64,000 nucleotides of DNA from Patescibacteria group bacterium (GCA_026004395.1 BPJB01000001.1:519343-583342), one strand, 5' to 3'. Counted from the stretch's first letter, positions 30,139-40,239 are shown. Notes: generated by a model not told the origin, from the sequence alone. Numbers and translations: made by a program.

Positions 30139-32526
30139 ATGAAGAATAAGTCATTAACATTATTAAAATTTTTATTGGGATGGCCATTCTCAATCGTTGC
30201 CCTTTTTTTTATCTTCAAAACATTTCTACCTAAACTCAATGAAGTACAGTCACATATTTCACAGATTAATATCTTTCTTCTAACTTTAGGACTTCTTTTA
30301 TTTGTTGGATATTATTACCTACGAAGCTTTCTCTGGTACAAAATACTTGTATTTTTTGGATATCAGTTGGATGTCAGACACTCTCTTTTTCTTTGGTCCT
30401 CTGCTCAGCTAAGACGCTATATACCAGGAAATATTTGGGGATTTTTGAGTGTCACACTTGGATTTGAGGCAAAAAACGTAAAAAAACGAGATGTTGCCAA
30501 AGCAATCCTCATTGAATCAGAACTTGTTGTCTTGACAGCACTCTTGCTTTCACTTTTAGCTCTTAAGTTTTTTTTGGCAAAAATTTTTACATTTAATATT
30601 ACAGATGAAAATTTTTACAGGCTGATTTTGATTGGACTAGGTATTATTATTGTTGGATACGTGTTAAGCCCTATTATAATCAAAAAAATTCATCACAAAT
30701 ATCTTGCAAAACTACAATATCTTTTACCACCATTTACATATGACAAAACACTTTTTCTTTTCTTAATTATGCTTGTGTCTTATTTGTTATTAGGAGCTGG
30801 TTACTATTTCACATTAAGCTCAGTTATTCCTCTCCCTCCATCAGATTTTTTTGTTCTTATTGGTATTTTTATTAGTAGTCTTTTAATCGGATATCTTTCA
30901 TTAATTACTCCAACAGGATTAGGTGTTAGAGAGGGAGCAATAGCATTTAGTCTATCTTATTTTGTTTCATTGCCATTAGCTGGATTTGCAGCTCTATTTG
31001 GAAGAATTATTCTAGTTTTTGCTGAGTTAGTTTTTGTTGGGATATCTTTTATCCTAGCTAAAACAAAAAATGACCGAATTCTAAACACACTAAAGTTTAT
31101 AACTAAATATCCGTATGAAATAAGTCTTTCTTTACTATTTGCCGCCTATACAGTATATTTTTCGACAATAAGCATCTTACGTTATGAGCATTATTACACT
31201 GGACGGTTTGATCTTGGCAATATGGCACAAACAGTCTGGAATACTCTACATGGAAGAGTTTTTGAGTTCACCAATCCCGATGGCACAGAAATAGTATCCC
31301 GACTTGCATTTCATGCTGATTTTTTGCTTATTCTTTTAACACCATTCTATCTGATCTGGGAAGATCCTCGCATGCTTCTTCTAATACAAACAATTGTTGT
31401 TGCTGCAGGCGCATTTTTTGTATATGCAATTGCCAACAAAATTCTTAATAATAAAGCACTAGCATTGACATTTGCTTTTATTTATTTAATTAACCCAAGT
31501 GTCCAAAGAGCCACTATCTATGATTTTCATGCAGTTACATTAGCAACAACATTTCTTCTTGGTGCATTTTATTTCTTGTATAAAAAACAATATGTTTTCT
31601 TTATTCTTTTTGCCTTCCTTGCTGGAATAACTAAAGAGCAAATTTGGGCAATTATCGCTCTTTTTGGTTTATACATATTTCTAATTCAGAAAGAAAAAAA
31701 ACTTGGTATTGCTGTTTTTTTTATCTCATCTTTTTTATTTTATTTTCTCATCTGGCACGCAATACCTTCTGCATCAGATGGTAGCCACTTTGCTCTCTCT
31801 TATTATTCAGAAGCAGGAGAGATAGATAGCCCCTCACAGCTTTTAAAACAATTACTAATCAATCCTGCTAAAACATATTCTTTATTGACAGATCAATCCC
31901 GTATAAACTATCTTCATTCTTTATTTAAACCTCTTGGATACCTCTCCCTATTTTCACCTTTGTATCTTATCTTTGCACTTCCAGATTTAGCTATAAACTT
32001 ACTTAGTCGAAAACCCCACCTTTATCAAATATACTATCAATATACATCAGCTATCACTCCTTTTCTTTTTATAGCGGCTATATTTACAGTTGCTTTTATT
32101 AAGAAAAAATGGCAAATAATACCTAATGCAGTAATTATTGTCTATTCTTTATTATTGAGCATATATAGCGCATACCTTTATGGTCCTTTGCCTGGCAGTA
32201 GAGAACCAAATCTTGATATGTTAACCAAACCTTTTGCCAACAAAAAAAATGTAGACGCATTTCTAGCATCGATCCCTGTCACTGCAAGTGTATCCGCAAG
32301 TAATAGCATCGGTTCACATCTGGCTCATAGAAGATATTTATATACCCTACCTCAAGGTTGGGACCAGGCAGATTATGTTATATTTAATCTAGATGATCCA
32401 AATGCTACACCATCTCTAAATGCACATAAAGCAATGCTAATCGAGCTATTACAAAGAGGCTATATCAAAATTTATGATGATGGAAAGATCTTTGGTTTGA
32501 AGAAAAACTCCTTTATCAAATTTTGA
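30139..32526 (+). CDS. LPG-synthase-TM (flippase-like) domain fused to DUF2079 GT-C-like domain
   Basis: RYIPGNIW and TPTGLGVREG (N-half); FDLGNMAQTVWN, HAD, DFH, KE, YQY (C-half). Confidence 0.78.
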   Translation: MKNKSLTLLKFLLGWPFSIVALFFIFKTFLPKLNEVQSHISQINIFLLTLGLLLFVGYYYLRSFLWYKILVFFGYQLDVRHSLFLWSSAQLRRYIPGNIWGFLSVTLGFEAKNVKKRDVAKAILIESELVVLTALLLSLLALKFFLAKIFTFNITDENFYRLILIGLGIIIVGYVLSPIIIKKIHHKYLAKLQYLLPPFTYDKTLFLFLIMLVSYLLLGAGYYFTLSSVIPLPPSDFFVLIGIFISSLLIGYLSLITPTGLGVREGAIAFSLSYFVSLPLAGFAALFGRIILVFAELVFVGISFILAKTKNDRILNTLKFITKYPYEISLSLLFAAYTVYFSTISILRYEHYYTGRFDLGNMAQTVWNTLHGRVFEFTNPDGTEIVSRLAFHADFLLILLTPFYLIWEDPRMLLLIQTIVVAAGAFFVYAIANKILNNKALALTFAFIYLINPSVQRATIYDFHAVTLATTFLLGAFYFLYKKQYVFFILFAFLAGITKEQIWAIIALFGLYIFLIQKEKKLGIAVFFISSFLFYFLIWHAIPSASDGSHFALSYYSEAGEIDSPSQLLKQLLINPAKTYSLLTDQSRINYLHSLFKPLGYLSLFSPLYLIFALPDLAINLLSRKPHLYQIYYQYTSAITPFLFIAAIFTVAFIKKKWQIIPNAVIIVYSLLLSIYSAYLYGPLPGSREPNLDMLTKPFANKKNVDAFLASIPVTASVSASNSIGSHLAHRRYLYTLPQGWDQADYVIFNLDDPNATPSLNAHKAMLIELLQRGYIKIYDDGKIFGLKKNSFIKF

Positions 32527-32544
32527 TATATTAGTAAAAACAAC

Positions 32545-33375
32545 ATGTTTACCGTTATTAAAGCAACAGGAGAGAAAGAACCATTCTCAGAAGAAAAAGT
32601 ACTTAGTTCAATTAAAAGAGCAGGAGTTCCCGATTCATTACAAAAATTTGTGTTAGATAAAGTTAAAAAAAGCCTCTATGACAATATTCCAACATCAGAG
32701 ATCTATGAAATAATCATCCGCACTCTTTCTGAATCAGAACAACCCTACAGCAGAGCTCGCTATAGCCTTAAACAAGCAATTATGATGCTTGGTCCAACAG
32801 GATATCCTTTCGAGGATTTTGTTGCCAAAGTCCTATCTGAGCATGGATACAAAACAAAAACTCGACAAATACTATCAGGTAAATGTGTTACACATGAAGT
32901 TGATATTATCGCTGAGAAAAATGGAAAGAGGATAATGGTAGAAGCTAAATTTCATAATAACTCAGGAACACGATCCGATGTACATGTCGCCCTCTATGTA
33001 AAAGCAAGATTTGATGATCTAAAAGATAGATATGAATTTAACGAAGGATGGATCGTCACCAATACCAAATCAACTATTGATGCCAATGCATATGCAGAGT
33101 GCTCTGGAATGAAAATTATCAGCTGGAATTATCCTCAAGGAGAAAGTCTTCGAGAACTTGTTGAAGCATCGCATCTTCATCCAATTACGATGTTAACAAC
33201 ACTTTCTACATCGCAAAAATTAAAACTTCTAAAGAATAAAATTATCATGTGTCGAGACCTTCTAACTCATAAAAGCTATCTTGAGATGATCGGACTCTCC
33301 CCAAAAGAAAAAGAGGACGCGCTGAATGAAATAAAATATATTTGTACTTCACCTTTTGAAAGAGAAAGAATTTAA
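32545..33375 (+). CDS. ATP-cone domain + Mrr-like restriction endonuclease domain protein
   Basis: VIKATGEKEPFSEEK ATP cone; FEDFVA...HEVDIIA...VEAKFH...VTN. Confidence 0.82.
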   Translation: MFTVIKATGEKEPFSEEKVLSSIKRAGVPDSLQKFVLDKVKKSLYDNIPTSEIYEIIIRTLSESEQPYSRARYSLKQAIMMLGPTGYPFEDFVAKVLSEHGYKTKTRQILSGKCVTHEVDIIAEKNGKRIMVEAKFHNNSGTRSDVHVALYVKARFDDLKDRYEFNEGWIVTNTKSTIDANAYAECSGMKIISWNYPQGESLRELVEASHLHPITMLTTLSTSQKLKLLKNKIIMCRDLLTHKSYLEMIGLSPKEKEDALNEIKYICTSPFERERI

Positions 33376-33386
33376 TTCATAGTTAC

Positions 33387-33842
33387 ATGAGTTATTGGCA
33401 GATTATTGCAATAGCAATTTTTGGACTAATAGCATTTGTCACATTTATTCAATCACTTATCAAGTGTCGAACACATGAAGGGAGAATGGGGAAGCCATAT
33501 CGGATATGCGAACTTTACGGATCATTTGTTTGGGCAGATCATATAGTATTTGGAGTTTTCTGGAGTATGATAGCTTTTATTTCTCTTTTACTTCAAGATG
33601 GAATTTTTTTCCTTCTCACATTATCGCTTTTTTGGTTGGTTAGAAGTATCGGAGAGACAATTTACTGGATTTTACAACAATTTCTTCCAAGAAAAGGGAA
33701 CGAACCTGACAAATTTTGGATTAATAAGATTGTTCCGGGAGAAGGAGTTTGGTTTATCCACCAGATAATATGGCAATGTATTAGTGTTGTTACACTTCTT
33801 ACCTCCATTTATTTAACATCTCTTTGGCTTTCTCATTTTTGA
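33387..33842 (+). CDS. Hypothetical membrane protein
   Basis: 151-aa ORF with 4 hydrophobic segments. Confidence 0.7.
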   Translation: MSYWQIIAIAIFGLIAFVTFIQSLIKCRTHEGRMGKPYRICELYGSFVWADHIVFGVFWSMIAFISLLLQDGIFFLLTLSLFWLVRSIGETIYWILQQFLPRKGNEPDKFWINKIVPGEGVWFIHQIIWQCISVVTLLTSIYLTSLWLSHF

Positions 33843-33929
33843 AAATACAAAAATCTTACCCTGCTCTTACTATTTATTCATGACACTCTTATCTGTTGAG
33901 CTTAATCTAAATATTATAAGAGGAAAGTT

Positions 33930-34118
33930 ATGTTAACTCTTTTATATACATCTTTACAATCACATACGAACAATAATGAAATAGGTTTTTTGCTAAGTAT
34001 TATATTGTTTATTGTATTAACTTTGTTATTTTTCTTCTTTGGAATCGCATCGCTATCAAGTTCTGAGATTCAACTTGAAGTCAGCTTATCTGAACAAAAT
34101 AAAAATGTTTCAAAATAA
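33930..34118 (+). CDS. Small hypothetical membrane protein
   Basis: 62-aa ORF, one TM, GAGG upstream. Confidence 0.45.
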   Translation: MLTLLYTSLQSHTNNNEIGFLLSIILFIVLTLLFFFFGIASLSSSEIQLEVSLSEQNKNVSK

Positions 34119-34152
34119 TGAAACAAAAATTGCAGAAAGGAGGTGAGATATA

Positions 34153-34407
34153 ATGAACATTATTCTCTGGATTATTTTCGGAGCACTTGCTGGTTGGATA
34201 GCATCAATCATTATGGGGACAGATAAACGACAAGGAGCTCTGATGAATATCGTAGTTGGTATTATAGGAGCATTTATAGGAGGATTTTTAATGAGTTTGC
34301 TGGGATTTCCGGGAGTAACAGGCTTTAATATTTACAGTCTATTAGTCGCTATCCTTGGAGCTGTTGTACTTGTCTTCTTGGTTGGAACATTTAGAAAAAC
34401 AGCATAA
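34153..34407 (+). CDS. GlsB/YeaQ/YmgE family membrane protein
   Basis: WIIFGALAGWIAS...NIVVGIIGAFIGG; SD AGGAGGTGA. Confidence 0.9.
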   Translation: MNIILWIIFGALAGWIASIIMGTDKRQGALMNIVVGIIGAFIGGFLMSLLGFPGVTGFNIYSLLVAILGAVVLVFLVGTFRKTA

Positions 34408-34426
34408 ACATCTCTCTCAAAGAGAT

Positions 34427-34453
34427 AACAGGCTATCTTTGTGATAGCCTGTT
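34427..34453. terminator. Intrinsic terminator hairpin
   Basis: AACAGGCTATC-tttgt-GATAGCCTGTT between convergent genes. Confidence 0.65.
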
Positions 34454-34571
34454 CTTATAGTACAATCTTCCTTTGAACGCTAACTGTGAAACAAAGGTAA
34501 ATATTACAAAGATTACATTCTCCTTAATAGTTTTGATCGTCATAACAATTAGTATCAAGTAGACAGGCAAT

Positions 34572-35837
34572 TTATTGATGTCTAGTTTGATACTCCTCAG
34601 CTAATTTTTTACGCTCAAATCTATCCGACATCCAACCATTAGGAACAGTTGTCAGATGAGGTACACCCAGTAAAAATCCATTGCGAATGGTATGATCACC
34701 AAAGCGTTCATTAAGAGCATCAACAACCTGCATCAATCTCTCTTTTCGTTTATCCTCATACAAAAGAGGGGAGGGAATATACTGAGAATCTTTTAAATAT
34801 CCTGCCCATACTCCGATACGTCGTACATATCCTAAAGGTAGCTCTCCTCCTGATTCTCTTCTAATAATACTTAGGGATTCTTTAAAAAGATCAAGACCGC
34901 TGTCAATAAATTGTTCTTTTGTTCTTTGGCCAAACAGAGTATAAGATCCAACTAAAGATAGTCCAACACTCCTAGCTTTTTTCTTCAGTTTACGAAGTTT
35001 TCTACCTATCTCCTCAGAGAGTTCATAAATATGTTGCAGAATAACACGTCTATTATATTCATTTTGGGGGAGACAGTATTGCCTACCAACAGACTTCACT
35101 TCCGCAGTTTTTGTATATGCTCTTACTTGACTTGTATCTTTACCAAGTCCAACGTCTTTAAGAAATTGACCTTCTACCGGACCAAACTCGGCGATAAGAG
35201 CCGAAAGGGGAGTACGGCGAAGCTGGTTGAGAGTATAAATTCCCATTTGATTCAATCTAGCCTCAATTCGCGGTCCAATACCACAAATATCCTGCAACTT
35301 AGCGATACTATAGACACTCTCAATCTGATCTGATGAGATAACAAAAACACCATTGGGTTTCTTAAGTCCTGATGCGAGTTTGGCAAGCATTTTATTCGGT
35401 GCAATCCCTACTGATACTGTAATATACTCTCCAAGCTCTTCTTGAATACGCAGTTTGATTGTCCGCACTAAAGACTCAACTCCTCCATATAAATGGACTG
35501 TAAGTGTCGCATCCATAAAAATCTCATCAAGAGAAAATACTTCAATTTCAGGTGAAAAATCACTGCAAAGCGCAATAAATTTCTTACTTACCTCCCAATA
35601 TTTGCGAAAATCTGCAGGCACAAAAATAATATTAGGACATATTCTCAATGCCTCAAATGTCCTCATCCCTGTATTAATACCTAATCTTTTTGCTTCACGA
35701 CTGGAAGCTATGATGCATGTTCTACCATTCGTTGCGGTCACACCAATGGGTTTATTGCGCAGAAATGGATTACATTGCTGCTCAACACTAGCAAAAAATG
35801 AATCAAAATCAATATGCAAAATAATACGCTGTGACAT
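34572..35837 (-). CDS. dinB: Y-family DNA polymerase IV
   Basis: LHIDFDSFFASVE, SREAK, SLDE, AKLAS...KPNG; likely start MSQRI. Confidence 0.9.
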   Translation of the reverse strand: MSQRIILHIDFDSFFASVEQQCNPFLRNKPIGVTATNGRTCIIASSREAKRLGINTGMRTFEALRICPNIIFVPADFRKYWEVSKKFIALCSDFSPEIEVFSLDEIFMDATLTVHLYGGVESLVRTIKLRIQEELGEYITVSVGIAPNKMLAKLASGLKKPNGVFVISSDQIESVYSIAKLQDICGIGPRIEARLNQMGIYTLNQLRRTPLSALIAEFGPVEGQFLKDVGLGKDTSQVRAYTKTAEVKSVGRQYCLPQNEYNRRVILQHIYELSEEIGRKLRKLKKKARSVGLSLVGSYTLFGQRTKEQFIDSGLDLFKESLSIIRRESGGELPLGYVRRIGVWAGYLKDSQYIPSPLLYEDKRKERLMQVVDALNERFGDHTIRNGFLLGVPHLTTVPNGWMSDRFERKKLAEEYQTRHQ

Positions 35838-35905
35838 AGAAAAAATTAAAGCATCAAATTTTACAATCACCTAAAACTTATAGAAATAATCTAATTTGGT
35901 ATGCT

Positions 35906-36169
35906 TTATGAGCCGCTATTTATATCATCTATCTCCTCCAAAATCCACTGAAGGCTCTCTGTATTGAATTTCAGACGAAAAAACAAATTATCATCAGCAA
36001 CAGTAAAGAAGTGATAAAGTACGCGACCTTCATAAAGAGAGTAGTGAAGACCAACTGTAGTAATCGTATAAATTCTTCCTCTCCACTTAATTCTCCATGG
36101 TAAAAACTTCTTTGTCTGTCCATTAAAAACTGCAATAATACTTGGTGTTTCATGAATAACCTCACTCAT
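35906..36169 (-). CDS. Small hypothetical protein between lexA and dinB
   Basis: 87 aa, beta-rich (PWRIKWRGRIY...FRLKF....QWIL), co-oriented with its neighbours. Confidence 0.75.
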   Translation of the reverse strand: MSEVIHETPSIIAVFNGQTKKFLPWRIKWRGRIYTITTVGLHYSLYEGRVLYHFFTVADDNLFFRLKFNTESLQWILEEIDDINSGS

Positions 36170-36237
36170 AAAAATTTTCTAAAGATTAGTTATCCAATAT
36201 TTGAAAATCTAAAATATTGAAAACTCTGATAAACAAT

Positions 36238-36807
36238 TTATCGATACTTGCGAATAACACTTGCGACAACACCCCCTATCAAAAGACTCTCATTTGGCTT
36301 GATAGGAGGATAGGCAGCATTCGCAGGTTTGAGAATAATTTGATTGTTTTCCTTATGAAAGTATTTCACTGTCCACTCACCATCAATACAAGCCGCAACA
36401 ATATCTCCGTTTTTAGGCTCTATACCTTTCTCAACAATCACTATATCTCCATCATGAATACCCTCATCTATCATAGAATCACCCCTAACTGTGAGAGAAA
36501 ACATCTCCGAGGGAGTGCTAAGTAGATACTCATAAAAATCTATACTATCATCCACCGACGGATTAGCAGGAGTAGGATATCCTGCCTTGATAATACCCAA
36601 ATGGGGTATGTGAAATAGTTTCTTAGGGAGGATTTTGCCTTTTGCGTCTTTTTCTAGAATTTCAGCTTCGATAAGTTTATTTACCAAATAGACTGCAGCA
36701 TTTTTAGATGAATATCCAAAAAGATCACAAATCTCCTGGTAGGAGGGGAGTCGTCGTTGTTTTCTATAAAATGTTCTTAATTTAGAGATAGCACGATCTA
36801 CGTTCAT
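36238..36807 (-). CDS. lexA: LexA-family repressor (S24)
   Basis: PSYQEI HTH, Ala-Gly cleavage site (IKAGYP), catalytic GDSM and TVK. Confidence 0.88.
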   Translation of the reverse strand: MNVDRAISKLRTFYRKQRRLPSYQEICDLFGYSSKNAAVYLVNKLIEAEILEKDAKGKILPKKLFHIPHLGIIKAGYPTPANPSVDDSIDFYEYLLSTPSEMFSLTVRGDSMIDEGIHDGDIVIVEKGIEPKNGDIVAACIDGEWTVKYFHKENNQIILKPANAAYPPIKPNESLLIGGVVASVIRKYR

Positions 36808-36885
36808 AATGATAGATTAGAGTCAAATAAAACTAATTATGATCTGATAATCTCAAAAAGTAGTTTACTGTTCTGTACTGTTTAT

Positions 36886-36915
36886 GTTATATCTTGTACG
36901 ATCGTTCAATGTCAA
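36886..36915 (-). promoter_or_regulatory. Sigma70-type promoter with candidate SOS box in the spacer
   Basis: Minus strand TTGACA-ttGAACgatcGTACaaga-TATAAC. Confidence 0.55.
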
Positions 36916-37005
36916 GATGACAAAAGACATCAAAACATAACATAAATCAACTGGTAGTAAGATATGTAAAAGAAAAATTAACAGGGGTAAACAGAAAGTA
37001 ATATT

Positions 37006-37083
37006 TGGGGTGGCTGAGGGGACTCGAACCCCCGACATTCAGGTCCACAACCTGACGCTCTAACCAACTGAGCTACAGCCACC
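37006..37083 (-). tRNA. tRNA-His(GTG)
   Basis: Encoded G-1 and CCA; TCAGG-TTGTGGA-CCTGA. Confidence 0.95.
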
Positions 37084-37161
37084 GTAAAATTGAGAATCAA
37101 CTGTCTAAAATCTTATCGAGCAATAAAATATAGTATAGCATATTAATTAGCTAAAACGAAG

Positions 37162-37374
37162 CTATTTGCGGAAAAAAAGATAAGCAATAATGCTCAGAAT
37201 TATACTTATAATAATTGATGTAACAATAGGAAAGTAAAAGGTAAAACCATCACGTTTTATATAAATATCTCCTGGCAACCTGGGAGGAAAGGGTAGTGAA
37301 GGGAAGAAAGTAAAGACCAATCCTATAATAAGTAGCATTCCTCCTATTATGATAAATAACTTACCTATTTCCAT
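37162..37374 (-). CDS. DUF2905 family membrane protein
   Basis: RLPGDIYI...FYFPIVTSII. Confidence 0.85.
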   Translation of the reverse strand: MEIGKLFIIIGGMLLIIGLVFTFFPSLPFPPRLPGDIYIKRDGFTFYFPIVTSIIISIILSIIAYLFFRK

Positions 37375-37378
37375 ATCC

Positions 37379-38038
37379 TTAAATCCTTTCTAATTGTGGA
37401 TCACGAGTTGGAGACAATTTAGCAAAAAAATATCCTGTTGCAAACCCGCCTATATGTGCAAAATAAGCTACTCCTCCTTGTTCTGGAGTCATTCCCAGTG
37501 TACCTACTCCTGAGAGTACTTGAAGAAAAATCCAGTATCCTAGCATTACAGCAGCACTAATATTTGCTGTAGTAATAAATGGAGGAATAAAAACCAATGT
37601 CTTGATTTGATGATGAGGAAAATAGGCAAAATATGCACCCAATGCTCCAGCAACTGCTCCGGAAGCACCAAGCATAGGGATATCTGATGCAGGATTCAAA
37701 AGATACTGTACTAAGCTACCTACAATACCAGATGTCAAATAAAGAAAAAGATAAACAAAAGGTGGCATATTACCCTCTACATTATCTCCAAATACCCACA
37801 GAAAAAGCATATTTGATCCGATATGCAACAAACCTCCATGAAGAAACATTGAAGTTATAAATGGATAAAGAGTGTTGATATCAGAAAAATCAATTTTTGC
37901 AGGAATAAGAGCATACATCAGTGTAAAAGTCTCAGGATTGATAATCTGAAGGTAGAAAACTGCAATGTTTATAGCAATTAAAAGTATATTAATAAAAGGG
38001 AAGCGTTTAGATTTCTCTGAGTCTGAAATTGGTAGCAT
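37379..38038 (-). CDS. Rhomboid family intramembrane serine protease
   Basis: SMFLHGG..HI.SNM, GASGA, AHIGG. Confidence 0.93.
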   Translation of the reverse strand: MLPISDSEKSKRFPFINILLIAINIAVFYLQIINPETFTLMYALIPAKIDFSDINTLYPFITSMFLHGGLLHIGSNMLFLWVFGDNVEGNMPPFVYLFLYLTSGIVGSLVQYLLNPASDIPMLGASGAVAGALGAYFAYFPHHQIKTLVFIPPFITTANISAAVMLGYWIFLQVLSGVGTLGMTPEQGGVAYFAHIGGFATGYFFAKLSPTRDPQLERI

Positions 38039-38101
38039 ATTTTTTTATAGATGAGATATAGTTTACACGAAAAATGTAAGAAACACATCAAAAGCAATTT
38101 G

Positions 38102-38174
38102 TACGCCTGGAGGGATTCGAACCCCCGACCTGGTGCTTAGAACGCACTCGCTCTATCCACTGAGCTACAGGCGC
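38102..38174 (-). tRNA. tRNA-Arg(TCT)
   Basis: GCGCCTG/CAGGCGT acceptor; GTGC-GTTCTAA-GCAC (atypical G32, A27-C43 mismatch). Confidence 0.85.
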
Positions 38175-38266
38175 ATGTAGAAGTTATTTTATCAAGATTT
38201 TCCTGCCTTAGCAAACTATTTAGCCTCATTGACAAATATTAAGCTAACATTTACTATGAAAAAGGT

Positions 38267-39265
38267 ATGGCTCATAAATTTTTTAGTTACTTACTCAAAA
38301 ACCAAGTGATTTTTGCTCTCTTTCTCATAGTAACAGGGTGGTTTCTCTTTCAGACAAGAGGCATCCTTACTTTGATCTTTCTTGCTTACATTATAAATGC
38401 GGCACTTCTTCCTCTAGTTAATAAGCTTCACAAAAGGGGAGTTCCTCATTTTTTATCAGTGCTTATTCCTTTTATAAGCATTTTATTAATTATCTTCTTG
38501 ATTGTCTTTCCACTTGTTCCTTTTGTAGCTTCTCAAGTAATGCTGCTCTTAACAAGATTACCTAATTATATTGACGACTCAACAAGAGCACTGGGTATTG
38601 TTATAGATGTAAATCAAGTACAAGACGTCGTAACAAAAGAGCTCAATACATTAGGAAAGAATGCTTTCTCTGTCACTAGTAAAGTCTTTGGAGGAATATT
38701 CTCAACACTTACAGTACTAGTAGTGAGTTTTTATCTAATTCTTTATCATGATCGCTTTAAGAGGAATATTGCGCATCTTTTCCATCCTAAAGATCGAGAA
38801 AAAGTACTGACAACCCTTAGTCTTATTGATGAAAAATTAGGAGCATGGGTACAAGGTCAATTAATTCTTTCATTATCTATTGGAGTAATTACCTGGATTG
38901 CGCTTAGTATTTTAGCTCTTCCCTATGCTGTACCACTTGCCATTTTAGCTGGTATGCTGGAGATTATTCCTACAATAGGACCTATTATTGCTTCCATACC
39001 AGCGATCATTGTTGCTTTTTCTATTTCACCCACGATGGCTATTGTTGTAGTTGTATTATATACTGTCATTCAAATGCTCGAAAATCACTTTTTGGTACCA
39101 AAAATTATGCAAAAAGCAGTCGGACTAAATCCAGTGGTAGTCATCGTCGCCGTTATGATTGGAGCAAATATGATGGGTGTTCTGGGAGCTCTTCTCGCAG
39201 TTCCATTTGTGTCCTTTATTATTGTCCTTTTCAATAGTATTAATGCCGCTGAAGAAAAACAATAA
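38267..39265 (+). CDS. AI-2E family transporter
   Basis: Polytopic; EIIPTIGP, QMLENHFLVPKIM...GLNP, GALLAVP; TTGACA-N17-TACTAT upstream. Confidence 0.9.
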   Translation: MAHKFFSYLLKNQVIFALFLIVTGWFLFQTRGILTLIFLAYIINAALLPLVNKLHKRGVPHFLSVLIPFISILLIIFLIVFPLVPFVASQVMLLLTRLPNYIDDSTRALGIVIDVNQVQDVVTKELNTLGKNAFSVTSKVFGGIFSTLTVLVVSFYLILYHDRFKRNIAHLFHPKDREKVLTTLSLIDEKLGAWVQGQLILSLSIGVITWIALSILALPYAVPLAILAGMLEIIPTIGPIIASIPAIIVAFSISPTMAIVVVVLYTVIQMLENHFLVPKIMQKAVGLNPVVVIVAVMIGANMMGVLGALLAVPFVSFIIVLFNSINAAEEKQ

Positions 39266-39853
39266 CTATTTCTCAGCAATTATAAGTGTCCAAGGAAGAG
39301 GATAACGTACTTTCTTAACCTTTAGTTTCTTACCGACAAAATGTTTAAATTGCCAAAATGTCCAATGATTAATATGTTCAATATCATTACCTAAACGCGT
39401 TAAATTTTTCCCTCGCAAAAAATTACCTAGCATAAATAATGGCTCATTGGGTACAGAAAGAACACAATATTTCTTCGTAACACGCACCAACTCCTCCAAA
39501 CCTTTTTCTGGATTATCAAGATGTTCTAACACTTCAGTGCATATAACAACATCAAAAGTCTCATCTTTATATTTTAGATCATAAATTGTTCCTTGCTTCA
39601 ATACCAAGCGAGGATGTTCTTTCTTACCTAGCTTAATAGCACGATCAAGATAATCTACACCCTCAAGTTTTTTCCCAATACCTGCCTTGCGCAAAATTTC
39701 TAATGTAAATCCTTCACCGCATCCAACATCAAGAATAGAGTAGGGCTGAAGAGCACGCACTTCTTCAAGTAGTGCTTTATTAAAATTCTCTAATAATTTT
39801 CTTTGAAGAAAACTATTACTTTTGTGTTTGAGGTAGTTGCTCGTAGCTTGCAT
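39266..39853 (-). CDS. Class I SAM-dependent methyltransferase
   Basis: ILDVGCGEG, FDVVICTEVLEH, SVPN. Confidence 0.9.
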   Translation of the reverse strand: MQATSNYLKHKSNSFLQRKLLENFNKALLEEVRALQPYSILDVGCGEGFTLEILRKAGIGKKLEGVDYLDRAIKLGKKEHPRLVLKQGTIYDLKYKDETFDVVICTEVLEHLDNPEKGLEELVRVTKKYCVLSVPNEPLFMLGNFLRGKNLTRLGNDIEHINHWTFWQFKHFVGKKLKVKKVRYPLPWTLIIAEK

Positions 39854-40167
39854 GAACTATTATTATACATGATGCTATTACGGATAAAAACAGTATTTCT
39901 CAGTAGGTATTTTTTATATAAGCAAATTATTTCTTATATTTTGCAAAACTTCTTTCAGAGATTCATCTTTAAATAGTTGCAAACTTATTTTTGCTACTTG
40001 TATCTGCGCATCCATAATTTAGGGATATTCAAATGCAATTGAGTTACATTCAGATAAATCAAGATTTTTTTATTGATTCTCTTGATTTTTTTGTCGGATT
40101 CTTGAATGCTCCAGATTGAAGTATTTTGCCAAGTATACCTGTATACTTGGCAATATTGGGATATGTG

Positions 40168-40239
40168 AGCGGGGAACGGGATTCGCACCCGCGACCTCCT
40201 CCTTGGAAGGGAGGCATTCTACTGCTGAACTACCCCCGC
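40168..40239 (-). tRNA. tRNA-Gly(TCC) with atypical D and T loops
   Basis: GCGGGGG/TCCCCGC acceptor, U discriminator, CCTCC-CTTCCAA-GGAGG; D loop AGCAGTA, T loop TGCGAAT. Confidence 0.85.

Noticed and set aside
38102-38174. Possible CTA amber-suppressor reading of the tRNA
   Set aside because: The GTGC/GCAC stem centres the 7-nt loop on TCT, and the body is Arg-like.
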